The notes beneath the pieces are model-generated. The model was not told the DNA's origin, did not search any database, and saw only the letters and a list, made by a program, of their open reading frames with translations. A stretch of DNA of 64,000 nucleotides from NCBI RefSeq assembly GCF_009914755.1, contig NC_060925.1; one strand, written 5' to 3'. The position numbers and the translations under genes are program-made. Source of the DNA: the human T2T-CHM13v2.0 reference genome, Homo sapiens. Positions within the stretch are counted from its first letter, which is position 1. Every line of letters starts with the position of its first letter. This document shows, piece by piece, positions 1 to 27,563 of this stretch.

Positions 1-238
1 GCCCACCATCTGGTACCTGGCCCGGACCTGGGATCCTTGGAATGCTCAGGAAATAATGGCAGTTCTCCACTGTGTGGAGTCTCTCACCGGGCCTAGACCT
101 AGAAGGCAGGAATCCCAGGCCAGTCAGCCTGGTGGAGGGGGCGGGGGGAAGACACACCACTCTATAGCCAGCCAGGTGTTCCCCGCGAAAGAGAGGCCAC
201 AGCCCTGACCCGACCCGACCCAGTCCCAACCCCGCGTC

Positions 239-1572
<1,334 letters not shown>

Positions 1573-1638
1573 TCAGCAGGCCTGTGCACTGTGGCAGGTG
1601 CAGCCAGGAGGCCTGCCCGGACAGCCAGCCAGCGGCTC

Positions 1639-1690
1639 TTATAAAGCCCTGCAGGCAGGCACGCTCCACCCCTTCATGAATGGCGGTGAG
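1639..1690 (-). promoter_or_regulatory. DUX promoter core: DBE/YY1-type CGCCATTCAT, GGGGTGG box, TATAA
   Basis: Minus strand reads CTCACCGCCATTCATGAAGGGGTGGAGC...CTTTATAAGAGCC, with TATAA at 1639-1643, ~135 bp upstream of the ATG. Confidence 0.75.
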
Positions 1691-2296
1691 CCCTGGGACA
1701 GCCCGCAACACCCCGGAAGTGTCCCAGGGCACCGAGGTCTGCGGCCGGGGGTTGGTGGGGTGGGGGTGAGAGCGTGGTGTTGGTGGTGGTGGGGCGGGAG
1801 AGACGAAGAGGAAGGGAGCGTGGGGGAAGGAGTGAGGGGGGCACGTTTCGGGAGCTGGCTCTCCGGACCTCTCCAGGAATACCGCGGGAACTGGAAGCAG
1901 CTCTCTGGGCTCCCACGTGACTTCAGCAGGGAGAAACCGGCCTGGGAGGGTGGAGGGGAGTGTGGAACTGAACCTCAGTGGGAGTCGTGAGTGTTCCAGG
2001 CCCTCTCTCCGTGAAGGAGGCAGTGCCTGTGGGTGTCGCCGTTGCCGGGACCGTCTCACACACGCAGACCTGCGGCTCTCATTCATTTTCACGTAGGAGA
2101 GCAGAGAGAGACCCCAGAGAGAAGATGCCTCCCCGGCATGATGGCCTGACGACGGATTCCCGTGTGCGGCAACATGGGGAGTCTGCAGTGTGGCCGGTTT
2201 GGAACCTGGCAAGGAGAGTGAAGGCACCAGGCCCGTCTTCCACCCTTCCCTGCATGTTTCTAGGTGCCCGCAGAGCTCCGGGAGCAAACAGTCAGC

Positions 2297-12267
<9,971 letters not shown>

Positions 12268-15200
12268 ATGACATATCTCTGAGCTGATCAACAAAGTGAT
12301 GTAACATTTTTCTAGACTCTGCCTACAGGGGCTTTGTGACATATCTCTGCACTGATCACCCAGGTGATGGGACTTTTGTATAGGCTCTGCCTATGGGACA
12401 TTGTGACATATCTCTACACTGATCACCCAGGTGATGTAACTCTTGTGTTGGATCTGCCTATGTGGGCATTGTGACATATATCTACACTGATCACCCAGGT
12501 GATGGGACTCTTGTCTACGCTCTGTGTATGGGGGCTTTGTGACATATCTCTGCGCTGATCACCCAGGTGATGGTACTCTTCTCTAGGCTCTGCATACTGG
12601 GGGCATTGTCACATATTTCTGCACTGATCACCCAGGTGGCGGACTCCTGTCTTGGATTTGCCTATGGGGACATTTTGACATATCTCTGCACTGATCACCC
12701 AGTTGATGTAACTCTGGTCTAAGCTCTGCCTAAAGGAGCATTGTGACAGATCTCTGCACTGATCACTCGGGTGATGTAACTATTGTCTAGGCTCTGCTTA
12801 AAGGGGCCTTGCCACATATCTGTGCACTGATCACCCAGGTGATGTAACTCTTGTCTAGGCTTTGCTCACAGGGGGTATTGTGACATATCTCTGTACTGAT
12901 CACCTAAGTGATGTAACACTTGTGTAGGCTCTGCCTACAGGGGCATTTTGACATATCTCTGCACTGTTAACCGACGTGATGTAACTCTTGTCTAGGTGGT
13001 GCCCATAGGGGGATTGAGGCATATCTCTGCACTGATCTCGAGGTGATCCAAATCTTGCCTGGTCTCTGCCTACTGAGGACATTGTGACATATCTCTGCAC
13101 TGATCTCCCAGGTGCTGTAACTTTATTCGAGGCCCTGACTACACGGCATTGTGACATATCACTGCACTGATCACCCAGGTGATATAATTCTTGTCTAGGC
13201 TCTGCCTACAGGGATCTTGTGACATATCTCTGCACGGATCACCCAGGTGATATAACTCTTCTCTAGGATCTGCCTACAGGGTGCTTTGTGACATATCCCT
13301 GCAATGATCACTCAGGTGATATACCACTTTTCATGGCTCTGCCTCTAGTGACATTTTGATGTATCCCTGCACTGATCACCTAGGTCATGTAACTCTTGTC
13401 TAGGCTGTGCCTGCAGTGGCATTGTGACATATCTCTGCACTGATTACCCAGGTGATGTAACTCTTTTCTAGGATCTACCTACAGGGTGCTTTGTGACATA
13501 TCCCTGCAGTAATCACCCAGGAGATATAGCACTTGTCACGGCTCTGCCTGCAGGGACATTGTGATGTATCTCTGCACTGCTCACCAAGGTCATGTAACAC
13601 TTGTCTAGGCTCTGCCTACAGTGGCATTGTGACATATCTCTGCACTGATCATCCAAGTCATGTAACTCTTGTCTAGGATCTGCCTAAAAGGACTTTGTGA
13701 CATAACTCTGCACTGATCATCCAGGTGTTGGGGCTTTTGTCTAGGCTCTGCCTAAGGGGCATTGTGACATATTTCTGCACTGGTTACCCATGTGACAGAC
13801 TCTTGTCTTGGATCTGCCTATGGGGGCATTGTGACATATCTCTGCACTGATCACCCAGGTGATGCAACTGTTGTAAGCTCTGCCTACAGGGGAATTGTGA
13901 GAGATCTCGCCACTGATCTCCCAAGTGATGTAAATCTTGTCTAGGCTTTGCCTACAGGGGGCTTTGTGACATACCTTTTCACTGATCACCCAGGTGATGT
14001 AACTCATCAAAATTCTGCCAACAGGTGCTTTGTGGCATATCTCTGCACTGATCTCTTAGGTGATGTAACACTTTCATAAGCACTGCCTACAGGGAATTTT
14101 GACAAATCTCACCACTGATCACCTAGGTGATGTAACTCTTTTCTAGTATCTGCCTACAGGGTACTTTGTGACATATCCCTACAATGATCACCCAGGTGAT
14201 GTACGACTTGTCAAGGCTCTGCCTACAGGGACATTGCGATGCATCTCTGCACTGATCACCTAGGTCATGTAACACTTGTCTAGGCTCTGCCTACAGTGGC
14301 ATTGTGACATATCTCTGCACTGATCATCCAAGTGATGTAACGCTTGTCTAGGATCTGTCTAAAGGGACTTTGTGACATTACTCTGAGCTGATCATCCAGG
14401 TGATGGGGCTGTTGTCTAGTCTCTGCCTAAGGGGGCATTGTGACATATTTCTGCACTGATCACCCAGGTGACGGACTCCTGTCTTGGGTCTGCCAATGGG
14501 GACATTCTGACATACCTCTGCACTGATGACTCAGGTGATGTAACTGTTGTATAAGCTCTTCCTACAGGGGAATTGTGAGAGATCTCGCCACTGATTAACC
14601 AAGTGATGTAACTATTGTCTAGGCTTTGCCTACAGGGGGCTTTGTGACATACCATTGCAATGATCACCCAGGTGACGTAACTCATCAAAGTTCTGCCTAC
14701 AGGAACTTTGTGACATATCTCTGCACTGATCACTTAGGTGATGTAACACTTTTATAAGCACTTCCTACAGGGAATTTTGTCAAATCTCTGCACTGATCAC
14801 CTAGGTGATGTAAGTTTTGTCTGCTCTCTGCCCAAAGGGGGCGTTGTGAAATATCTCTCCACTGACCACCCAGGTGATTCGACTCTTATCTAGGATCAGC
14901 CTACAGGGGGTATTGTGAAATATCTCTGCTCTGATCAACTAGGTGATGTAACTCTTGTCTAGGCTCTGATTACAGGGGCGTTTTCACATATCGCTGAACT
15001 GATGACAAAGGTGATATAACTCTTGCCTAGTCTTTGCCTACAGGGGACATTGTGACATATCTCTGCACTGATCACCCAGGTGATGCAACTCTTCTCTGTG
15101 CGCTGCCTACAGGGGACATTGTGACATATCCCTGCACTGATCGCCCATGTGATGCAACTCTTCTCTATGCTCTGCCTACAGGGGGCATTGTGAAATATCT

Positions 15201-18200
15201 CTGCACTGATCACCAAGATGATGTAACTATTTTCTAGTCTCTGCCTACAGAGGGCGTTGTGACATCACTCTGCACGGATCACCCCGGTTATGTAACTCTT
15301 GTCTAGGTTCTGCCTAAGAGGGCATTGTGACTTATCTCTGCACTGTTCACCCAGGAGATGTGACACTTGTGTAAGCTCTGCCTAGGGGGACATTAGGACA
15401 TATCTCTGCACTGATCGCTGAGGTGCTGTAAAACTTGTGTAGGCATTGCCTGCAGTGGGATTTAGGACATATCTCTGCACTGATCACCCAGGTGATGTAA
15501 CTCTTGTCTAGGCTTTGCTTACAGGGGGTATTTTGAGATATCTCTGCACTGATCACCCAGGTTATGTAACTCTTGTCTAGGCTCTGCCTACAGGGTGTAT
15601 TGTGAGATATCTCTGCACTGATCACACAGGTGATGTAACTCTTGTCTAGGCTCTGCCTACAGGGGCATTTTATCATATCACTGCACTGACCACCGAGATG
15701 ATGTAACTCTTGTATAGGCTTCTCCGACAGGGGACATTGAGACATATCTCTGCACTGATCACCGAGGTGAAGCATCTCTTGTCTGGGATCTGCTTACAGG
15801 GGGCATTTTGATATATCTCTGCCCTGATCACCCAGGTGATATAACTCTTGTCTAGGCTCCATCTACAGGGGGTATTGTGACATATCTCCGAACTGATCAC
15901 CCAGGTGATGTCACTTTTCTGAAGGATATGGCTACAGGGACATTGTGACATGCCACTGCAATGATCACACAGCTGAGGTAACACTTGCCAAAGCTCTGGC
16001 TAAAGGGGGCTTGTGACACATCTCTGCACTGATCACCCAGGTGATATAACCCTTGTCTAGTCTCTGCCAAAAGGGGGCATTGTGACATAACTCTGCACTG
16101 ATCACCCAGGTGATGGGACTCTTGTCTAGGCTCTGCCTACATGGGCATTGTGACATATCTCTGCAGTGACCACGCAGGTGATGTAACTCTTGTCTCTATC
16201 TGCCTACTGGCGGCATTGTGGCATGTTTCTGCACTGATCACCCAGGTGATAGACTCTTGTCTTGGATCTGCCTATGGGGGCATACTGACATATCTCTGCA
16301 CTGATCACTCATGTGATGTAACGCTTGTCTAATCTGCGCCTAAAGGGGAATTGCAACAGATATCTCCACTGATCACCCAGAAGATGTAAGAATTTTCTGG
16401 GATTTGTCTACAGGGGACTTTGTGACATATCTTTGCACTGATCACCGAGGAGATGTAACTCTTGTCTAGCCTCGGCCTACAGGGGCTTTGTGACATATTT
16501 CTGCACTGATCACCCAGGTGATGTACTACTTTTTTAGGCTCTGCCTACAGAGGCTTTGTATCATATTTCTGTACTGTTCACCCAGGTGATGTAACTCTTG
16601 TCTAGGCTCCACCTGCATGGGTTATTGTGACGTATCTCTGCACTGATCACCCAGGTGATGTAACTGTTGTCTAGGCTCCACCTACAGGGGGTATTGTGAC
16701 GTATCTCTGCACGGATCAGCCAGGTGATGTAACATTTACCTAGCCTCTGCTTACAGGGGCGTTTTGACATAGCTCTGCACAGATGACCTAGGTTATGTAA
16801 CTCTTGTCCACTCTCTGCCTACAGGTGGCATTGTGAAATATCTCTGCACTGATCACCCAGGTGTTGTAAGTCTGGTCTAAGCTCTGCCTAAAGGGGCATT
16901 GTGACAGTTCTCTGCACTGATCACTCAGGTGATGTAACTATTGTCTAGGCTCTGCTTAAAGGGGACTTGTCACATTTCTCTGCATTGATCACACAAGTGA
17001 TGTAACTCTTCTCTAGGTTCTGCTTACAGGTGGTATTGTGACATACCTCTGCAGTGATCACCTAAGTGATATAACAGTTGTGTAGGCTCTGCCTGCAGGG
17101 GCATTGTGAAATATCTCTGCACTGATCACCCAGGTGATGGGACCCTTTTCTTGGCTCTCCTTACTGGGGGCATTGTCACACATGTCTGCACTGATCACCC
17201 AGGTGATGGACACTTGTCTTGGATTTTCCTATGGGGTCATTGTGACATATCTCTGCACTGATCACGCAGGTGATGTAACTCTGGTCTAAGCTCTGCCTAA
17301 AGGGGCATTGTGACAGATTTCTGCACTGATCACTCAGGTGATGTAAGTATTGTGTAGGCTCTGCTTAAAGGGGCCTTGTCACATATCTCTGCACTGATCA
17401 CCCAGGTGATGTAACTCTTGTCCAAGCTCTGCTAACAGGGGTTATTGTGACATATCTCTGCACTGATCACCTAAGTGATGTAACACTTGTGTAGGCTCTG
17501 CCTACAGGGGCATTTTGACATATCTCTGCACTGTTAACCGAGGTGATGTAACTCTTGTCTAGGCTGTGCCCACAGGGGGATTGAGACATATCTCTGCACT
17601 GATCCCGAGGTGATCCAACTCTTGCCTGGTGTCTGTCTACTGCGGACATTGTGACATATTTCTGCACTGATCTCCCAGGTGCTGTAACTTTAGTCTGGTC
17701 TCTGGCTACAGGGCATTGTGACATATCACTGCACTGATCACCCAGGTTATATAAGTCTGGCCGACGCTCTGCCTACATGGGGCTTGTGACATATCTCTGC
17801 ACTGATCACCCAGGTGATGCAACGCTTGACTAGGCTCTGCATACAGGACATAGTGACATATCACTGCATTGATAACCGAGGTGATGTAACTCTTGTCCCA
17901 GGCTCTGCCTATAGGGGGCCTTGTGACATATCTCTGCATTGATCATCTAGGTGATGTAACACTTTCATAAGCACTTCCTATAGGGAATTTTGAAAAATCT
18001 CTGCAGTGGTCACCTAGGTGATGTAACTCTTGTCTACCCTCTGCCCAAAGGGGGCATTGTGAAATATCTCTGCACTGATCACACAGGTGATCCAACTCTT
18101 GTCTAGGATCTGACTTCAGGGCGTATTGTGAAATATCTCTGCATTGATCAACTAGGTGATGTAACTCTTGTCTAGGCTCTGCCTACAGGGGCGTTTTCAC

Positions 18201-21200
18201 ATATCCCTGAACTGATGACAAAGGTGATGTAACTCTTGCCTAGGCTTTGCCTTCAGGGGACATTGTGACATATCTCTGCACTGATCACCCAGGTGATGCA
18301 ACTCTTCTCTATGCTCTGCCTACAGGGGCCATTGTGACATATCTCTGCACTGATCACCCAGGTGATGCAACTCTTCTCTATGCTCTGCCTACAGGGGGCA
18401 TTGTGACATATCTCTGCACTGATCATCCAGGTGATGTAACTCGTTTCTAGTCTCTGCCTATAGAGGGCGTTGTGACATCACTCTTCACGGATCACCCTGG
18501 TTATGTAACTCTTGTCTAGGCTCTGCCTATTGGGGCATTGTGACTTAGCACTGCACTGATCACCCAGGAGATGTGTCTCTTGTCTAACCTCTGCCTAGAG
18601 GGACATTGGGACATATCTCTGCACTGATCGCTGAGGTGATATAAAACTTGTCTAGGCTTTGCCTACAGTGGGATTTATGACATATGTCTGCACTGATCAC
18701 CCAGGTGATGTAACTCTTGTCTAGGCTCGGCCTACAGGGGCATTTTAACATATCACTGCACTGATCACCGAGATGATGTAACTCTTGTATAGGCTTCGCA
18801 GACAGGGGGCATTGAGACATATCTCTGCACTGATCACCGAGGTGATGCAACTCTTGTCTGGGATCTGCTAACAGGGTGCATTGTGACATATCTCTGCCCT
18901 GATCACCCAGGTGATATAAATCTTGTCTAGGCTCTGCCTACTGGAGACATTTTGACATATCTCCGCACTGATCACTGAGATGATGCAACTATTTTCTAGT
19001 CTGTGCCTACAGAGGGCGCTGTGACATCACTCTGCACGGATCACCCAAGTGATGGGACTTTTGTCTAGGCTCTGCCTATGCAGGCATTGTGACATCTCTA
19101 CACTGATCACCCAGGTGATGTAACTCTTGTGTTGGATCTGCCTCTGGGGGCATTGTGACATATTTCTTCACAGATCTCCCAGGTGATGGGACTCTTGTCT
19201 AGGCTTTGGGTTTGGGGGCTTTGTGACATATCTCTGCACTGATCACCCAGGTGATGCAACCCTTGACTAGGCTCTGCCTACGGGGCATAGTGACATATCA
19301 CTGCATTGATCACCGAGGTGATATAACTCTTGTCCAGGCTCTGCCTATAGGGGGGCTTGTGACATATCTCTGCACTGATTATCTAGGTGATGTAAAGCTT
19401 GCTTGCGCTCTGCCTGCAGGGGCATTGTGAAATATCTCTGCACTGATCACCCAGGTGATGGGACTCTTCTCTAGGCTCTGCCTACTGGGAGCATTGTCAC
19501 ATATTTCTGCACTGATCACCCAGGTGACAGACTCTTGTCTTGGATTTGCCTATGGGAGCATTGTGACATATCCCTGCACTGATCACCCAGGTGATGTAAC
19601 TCTGGTCTAAGCTCTGCCTAAAGGGGCATTGTGACAGATCTCTGCACTGATCACTCAGGTGATGTAACTATTGTCTATGCTCTGCTTAAAGGGGCCTTGT
19701 CACATATCTCTGCACTGATCACCCAGGTGATGTAACCCTTGTCTAGGCTTTGCTTACAGGGGTATTGGGACATATCTCTACACTGATCACCTAAGTGATG
19801 TAACACTTGTGTAGGCTATGCCTACAGGTGCATTTTGACATATCTCTGCACTGTTAACCGAGGTGATATAACCCTTGTCTAGGCTGTGCCCACATGGGGA
19901 TTGAGCCATTACTCTGCACTGATCCTGAGGTGATCCAACTCTTGCCTGGTCTCTGCCTACTGGGGACATTGTGACATATCTCTGCACTGATCTTCCAGGT
20001 GCTGTAACTTTAGTCTAGGCTCTGTCTACACGGCATTGTGACATATCACTGCACTGATCACCCACGTTATATAACTCTTGTCTAGGCTCTGCCTACAGGG
20101 GCTTGTGACATAACTCTGCACTGATCAACCAGGTGATATAACTCTTCTCTAGGATCTGCCTACAGGATGCTTTGTGACATATCCATGCAATAATCACCCA
20201 GGTGATGTACCACTTGTCAAGGCCCTGTCTACAGGGACATTACGCTGTATCTCTGCACTAATCACCTAGGTCATGTAACTCTTGTCTAGACTCTGCCTAC
20301 AGTGGAATTGTGACATATCTCTGCACTGATCATCCAAGTGATGCAACTCTTGTCTAGGATCTGCCTAAAGAAACTTTGTGACATAACTCTGCACTGATCA
20401 TCCAGGTGATGGGGCTATTGTCCAGGTTCTGCCTAAGTGGGCATTGTGACATATTTCTGCACTGATCACCCAGGTGATGGACTCTTGTCTTGGATCTGCC
20501 TATGGGGGCATTGTGACATATCTCTGCAATGATCACCCAGCTGATGTAACTGTTGTATAAGCTCTGCCTACCGGGGAATTGTGAGAGATATCGCCACTGA
20601 TCACCCAACTGATGTAACTATTGTCTAGGCTTTGCCTACAGGGGGCTATGTGACATACCTTTGCACTGATCACCCAGGTGATATAACTCATCTAAGTTCT
20701 GCCTACAGGAGCTTTGTGACATATCTCTGCACTGATCACTTATATGATATAACAATTTTATAAGCACTGCCTACAGGGAATTTTAACAAATCTCTGCACT
20801 GATCACCTAGGTGATGTAACTCTTGTCTACACTCTGCTCAAAGGGGGCATTGTGAAATATCTCTGCACTGATCACCCAGGTGATATAACTCATCTAAGTT
20901 CTGCCTACAGGAGCTTTGTGACATATCTCTGCACTGATCACTTATATGATATAACAATTTTATAAGCACTGCCTACAGGGAATTTTAACAAATCTCTGCA
21001 CTGATCACCTAGGTGATGTAACTCTTGTCTACACTCTGCTCAAAGGGGGCATTGTGAAATATCTCTGCACTGATCACCCAGGTGATTCAACTCTTGTCTA
21101 GGATCTGCCTACAGGGGATATTGTGAAATATCTCTGCACTGATCACCTAGGTGATGTAACTTTTGTCTAGGCTCTCCCCACAGGGGTGTTTTCACATATC

Positions 21201-24200
21201 CGTGAACTGATGACAAAGGTGATGTAACTCACGCCTAGGCTTTGCCTATAGGGGACATTGTGAAATATCTCTGCACTGATCAACTAGGTGATGTAACTCT
21301 TTTCCAGGCTCTGCCTACAGGGGCTTTGTGACATATTTCTGTACCGATCACCCAGGTGATGTAACTCTTGGCTCCAACTACAGGGTGTATTGTGAAGTAT
21401 CTCTTCATTGATCACCCGGGTGATGTAACTCTTGTCTAGGCTCCAACTACAGGGGGTATTGTGACGTATCTTTGCACTGATCGCCCAGGTGATGTAACAT
21501 TTATCTAGGCTCTGCCTACAGGGGCGTTTTGAAATAGCTCTGCACAGATCACCTAGGTTATGTAACTCTTGTCCACTCTCAGCCTACAGGGGCATTGTGA
21601 AATATCTCTGCACTGATCACCCAGGTGATGGGACACTTCTCTTTACTCTGCCTAGAGGGGGTTTGTGACATATCTCTGCACTGATCACCCAGGTGATGGA
21701 AGTCTTGTCAAGGCTCTGTCCATGGGGGCATTGTGTCAAATATCTGCACTGATCACCCAGGTGATGTAACTCTTTTCTAGGCTCTGTCTACAGGAATTTT
21801 TGTGACATATCACTGCACTGATCACCTAGGTGATGTTAGCCTTGTATGGGCTTTGCCTACAGAAGGCTTTGTGACATATCTATGCACTGATCTCTGAGGT
21901 GAGGCAACTCTTGTCTAGGCACTGCCTCCAGGGGACATTGGTACATATCTCTGCACTGATCACCCAGGTGATGGACTCTTGTCTTAGATCTGCCTACATG
22001 GACATTGTGACACATCTCTGAACTGATCAACCAAGTGATGAAACTCTTGTCTAGGCTCTGCCTAAATGGGCTTGGTGACACATCTCTGCACTGATGACCC
22101 TGGGGAGGAAAGTCTTGTCTATGCTCTGCCTACAGGAGGCTTTATGACTTATACCTGCACTGATAACCTAGGTGATGTAACACTTGTCTAGACTCTGCCT
22201 ACACGGGAATTCTCACATATCTCTGCACTGATCACTCAGTTCATGTAACTCATTTCTAGGTTCAGCCTAGAGGAGCATTCTGACATATCTCTGCACTGAT
22301 CAGCCAGGTGATGTAACTCTTGTGTTGGATCTGCCTCTGGGGTCATTTTGACATATATCTGCACTGATCACCCAGGTGATGGGATTCTTGTCTATGCTCT
22401 GTGTATGGGGGCTTTGTGACATATCTCTGCACTGATCACCCAGGTGATTGGACTTTTCTCTAGGCTCTGTCTCCTGGGGGTATTGTCACATATTTCTACA
22501 CTGATCACCCATGTGGCGGACTCTTTTCTTGGAGTTTCCTATGGGGGCATTGTGACATATCTCTGCACTGATCACCCAGATGATGTAACTGTGGTCTAAG
22601 CTCTGCCTAAAGGGACATTGTGAAAGATCTCTGCACTGATCACTCCGGTGATGTAACTATTGTCTAGGCTCTGCTTAAAGGGGCCTTGTCACATATCTCT
22701 GCACTGATCACCCAGGTGATGTAACTCTTGTCTAGGCTCTGTTTACAGGGTGTATTGTGACATATCTCTGCACTGATCACATAAGTGATGTAATCCTTGT
22801 GTAGGCTCTGCCTACAGGGGCATTTTGACATATCTCCGCACTGTTAACCGAGGTGATGTAACAATTGTCTAGGCTGTGCCCACAGGGGGATTGAGAGATA
22901 TCTCTGCACTGATCCCGAGGTGATCCAACTGTTGTCTGGTCTGTGCCTACTGGGGACATTGTAACATATCTCTGCACTGATCTCCCAGGTGCTGTAACTT
23001 TAGTCTAGGCTCTGGCTACACGGCATTGTGACATATCACTGCACTGATCACCCAGGTGATATAACCCTTGTCTAGGCTCTGCCTACAGGGGGCTTTTGAC
23101 ATATCTCTGCACTGATCACCCAGGTGATATAACTCTTCTCTAGGATCTGCCTACAGGGTGCCTTGTGACATATCCCTGCAATGATCACGCAGGTGATATA
23201 CCACTTGTCAAGGCTCTGGCTACAGGGGCATTGCGATGCATCTCTGCACTGATCACCTAGGTCATGTAAATCTTGTCTACGCTCTGCCTACATTGGCATT
23301 GTGACATATCTCTACACTGGTTATCCAAGTGATGTAACATTGTCTAGGAACTGCCTAAAGGGACTTTGCGACATAACTCTGCACTGATCATCCAGGTGAT
23401 GGGGTTTTGTCTAGGCTCTGCCTAAGGGGGCATTGTGACATATTTCTGCACTGATCACCCAGGTGACGGACTCTTGTCTTGGATTTGCCTATGGGGGCAT
23501 TGTGACATGTCTCTGCACTGATCACCCAGGTGATGTAACTGTTGTATAGGCTCTGCCGACAGGTGAACTGTGAGAAATCTCACCACTGATCACCCAAGTG
23601 ATGTAACGATATTCTAGGCTTTGCCTACACGGGGCTTTGTGACATACCTTTGCACTGATCACCCAGGTGACGTAACTCATCTAAGTTCTGCCTACAGGAG
23701 CTTTGTGACATATCTCTGCACTGCTCACTTAGGTGATGTAACACTTTTATAAGCACTGCATACAGGGAATTTTGTCAAATCTCTGCACGGATCACCTAGG
23801 TGATGTATCTCTTGTCTACCCTCTGCCCAAAGGGGGCATTGTGAAATATCTCTGCACTGATCACCCAGGTGATTCAACTCTTGTCTAGGATCTGCCTACA
23901 GGGGGTATTGTGAAATAACTCTGCACTGATCAACTAGGTGATGTAACACTTGTCTAGGCTCTGCCTACAGGGGCGTTTTCACATATCCCTGAACTGATGA
24001 CAAAGGTGATGTAACTCTTGCTTAGGCCTTGCCTACGGGGGCACTGTGACATATCTCTGCACTGATCACCCAGGTGATGCAACTCTTCTCTGTGCTCTGC
24101 CAACAGGGGCCATTGTGACATATCTCTGTACTGATCACCCAGGTGATGCAACTCTTCTCTATGCTCAGCTTACAGGGGACATTGTGACATATCTCTGCAC

Positions 24201-25680
24201 TGATCACCCAGGTGATGTAACTCATTTCTAGGCTCCACCTACAGGGGCTATTGTGACGTATCTCTGCACTGATCACCCAGGTGATGTAACATTTACATAG
24301 GATCTGCCTACAGGGGCGTTTTGATATAGCTCTGCACAGGTCACGTAGGTTATGTAACTCTTGTCAACTCTCTGTCTACAGGGGACATTGTGAAGTAACT
24401 CTGCACTGGTCACCCAGGTGATGGGACTCTTCTCTATACTCTGCCTAGAGGGGGATTTGTGACATATCTCTGCACTGATCACGCAGGAGATGGAAGTCTT
24501 GTCTAGACTCTGTCTATGGGGGCATTGTGTCAAATATCTGCACTGATCACCCAGGTGGTGTAACTCTTGTCTACGGTCTGTCTACAGGGATTTGTGTGAC
24601 ATATCACTGCACTGATCACCTAGGTGATGTTAGCCTTGTATGGGCTTTGTCTATAGAAGGCTTTGTGACATATCTATGCACTGATCTCTGAGGTGATGCA
24701 ACTCTTGTCTAGGCAGTGCCTACAGGGGACATCGGGACATATCTCTGCACTGATCACCCAGGTGATGGACGCTTGTCTTAGATCTGTCTACATGGACATT
24801 GTGACACATCTCTGAACTGATCAAAGAAGTGATGAAACTATTGTCTAGCCTCTGCCTACAGGGGCTTTGTGACACATCTCTGTACTGATCACCCTGGGGA
24901 TGGAACTCTTGTCTACGCTTTGCCTACAGGAGGCTTTATGACTTATACCTGCACAGATAACCTAGTTGACGAAAAACTGGTCTAGGCTCTCCCTACACAG
25001 GAATTCTCACATATCTGTGCACTGATCACCTGGTTGATGTAACTCCTGTCTAGGTTCAGCCTAAAGGAGCGTTTTGACATATCTATTCACTGATCACCCA
25101 GGTGATGTAACCCTTGTCTAAGCTCTGCCTACAGGGGCATTGTGACAGATCTCTCCACTGCTCACCCAGGTGATGTAACAATTGTCTGGGTTTTGCCTAC
25201 AGGGGGCTTTGTGACATACATTTCCGCAGATCAAACAGGTGATGTAACCCTTGTCAAGGTTCTGCTTACAGGGGCTTTGTGACATTTCTCTGCACTGATC
25301 ACCCCAGGGAGGAAACAATTTTCTACACTCTGCCTAAAGGAGGCTTTACGACTTATCCCTGCACTGATCACTAGGTGATGTAACACTTGTCTAGGCTCTG
25401 TCTACACGGGAATTTTCACATATCTCTACACTCATCACCTAAGTGATGTAACCCTTGTCTAGGTTCAGCCTACTGGGGATTTCTGACATACCTATGCACT
25501 GATCATCAAGGTGATGTAAATCATTTCCAGGCTTTTTGTACAGGGGACATTGTGATATGTCTCTGCACTGATCACCCAAATGATGCAAATCTTCTCTATG
25601 CTCCGCAGGGAGGGGGCATTGTGACACATTTCTGAACTGATCATCCAGGAGATGTACCTATTCTCCAGGCTTTGACTAAA
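12268..25680 (-). repeat. Beta-satellite array, block 2
   Basis: Tandem 68-bp monomers in minus orientation, ending at the pLAM-like junction near 25681. Confidence 0.97.
20662..21086. repeat. Perfect 202-bp (3-monomer) tandem duplication inside beta-satellite
   Basis: 20681-20882 and 20883-21084 read identical base for base, including rare variants (CTTATATGATATAACAATTTT, CTGCTCAAAG). Confidence 0.9.
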
Positions 25681-26862
<1,182 letters not shown>

Positions 26863-27563
26863 GACACAGGGTTGGGACGGGGTCGGGTCGGGGCAGGGCG
26901 GTGGCCTCTCCTTCACAGGGAACACCTGGCTGGCTATGGAGGGGCATGTCTTCCCCCCGCCCCCTCCACCGGGCTGACAGGCCTGGGATTCCTGCCTTCT
27001 AGGTCTAGGCCTGGTGAGAGACTCCACACAGCGGAGAACTGCCATTCTTTCCTGGGCATCCCGGGGATCCCAGTGCCAGCCCAGGTACCAGCAGGTGGGC
27101 CGCCTACTGTGCACGCGCGGGTTTGAGGGCAGCCGCCTGGGCTGTGGGAGCAGCCCGGGCAGAGCTCTCATGCCTCTCCACCACCTCACCACCGCCTGAC
27201 CACCCCCTCCCCACTCCCACACCCCACCCACGGAAAATGCGTCCTCCCATGGCCTGGGTGGAGAACCCCGTCCCGCGAAACACCGGGCCCACGCAGCGTC
27301 CTTTCCTGACATCCCTTTGGTGGCTTGCATCCTCTGCACCTCCACGCCACCGTAGCCCGCCCGTGCATTCCCCTGCAGCCTCCCACCTGTCACCATGGAG
27401 GGCCTGGCGGCGGAACGCAGACCTCTAGCTCTCTTAGCTGGCCTCCTGGCTCGACCTGCACTCATTGCGCACCCTGGCTGATGTGCAAGGGAGCCCGCTG
27501 GTCGCTCTGTGACCTTGTCCATCCGAGAAATTCCGGCTGAGGTTCTCCCAACATCTGATGCTC
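26863..27563 (+). repeat. D4Z4 3' region and pLAM-like tail
   Basis: TTCTAGGTCTAGG acceptor region, KpnI GGTACC at 27084-27089, then the pLAM-like segment running into satellite. Confidence 0.88.
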
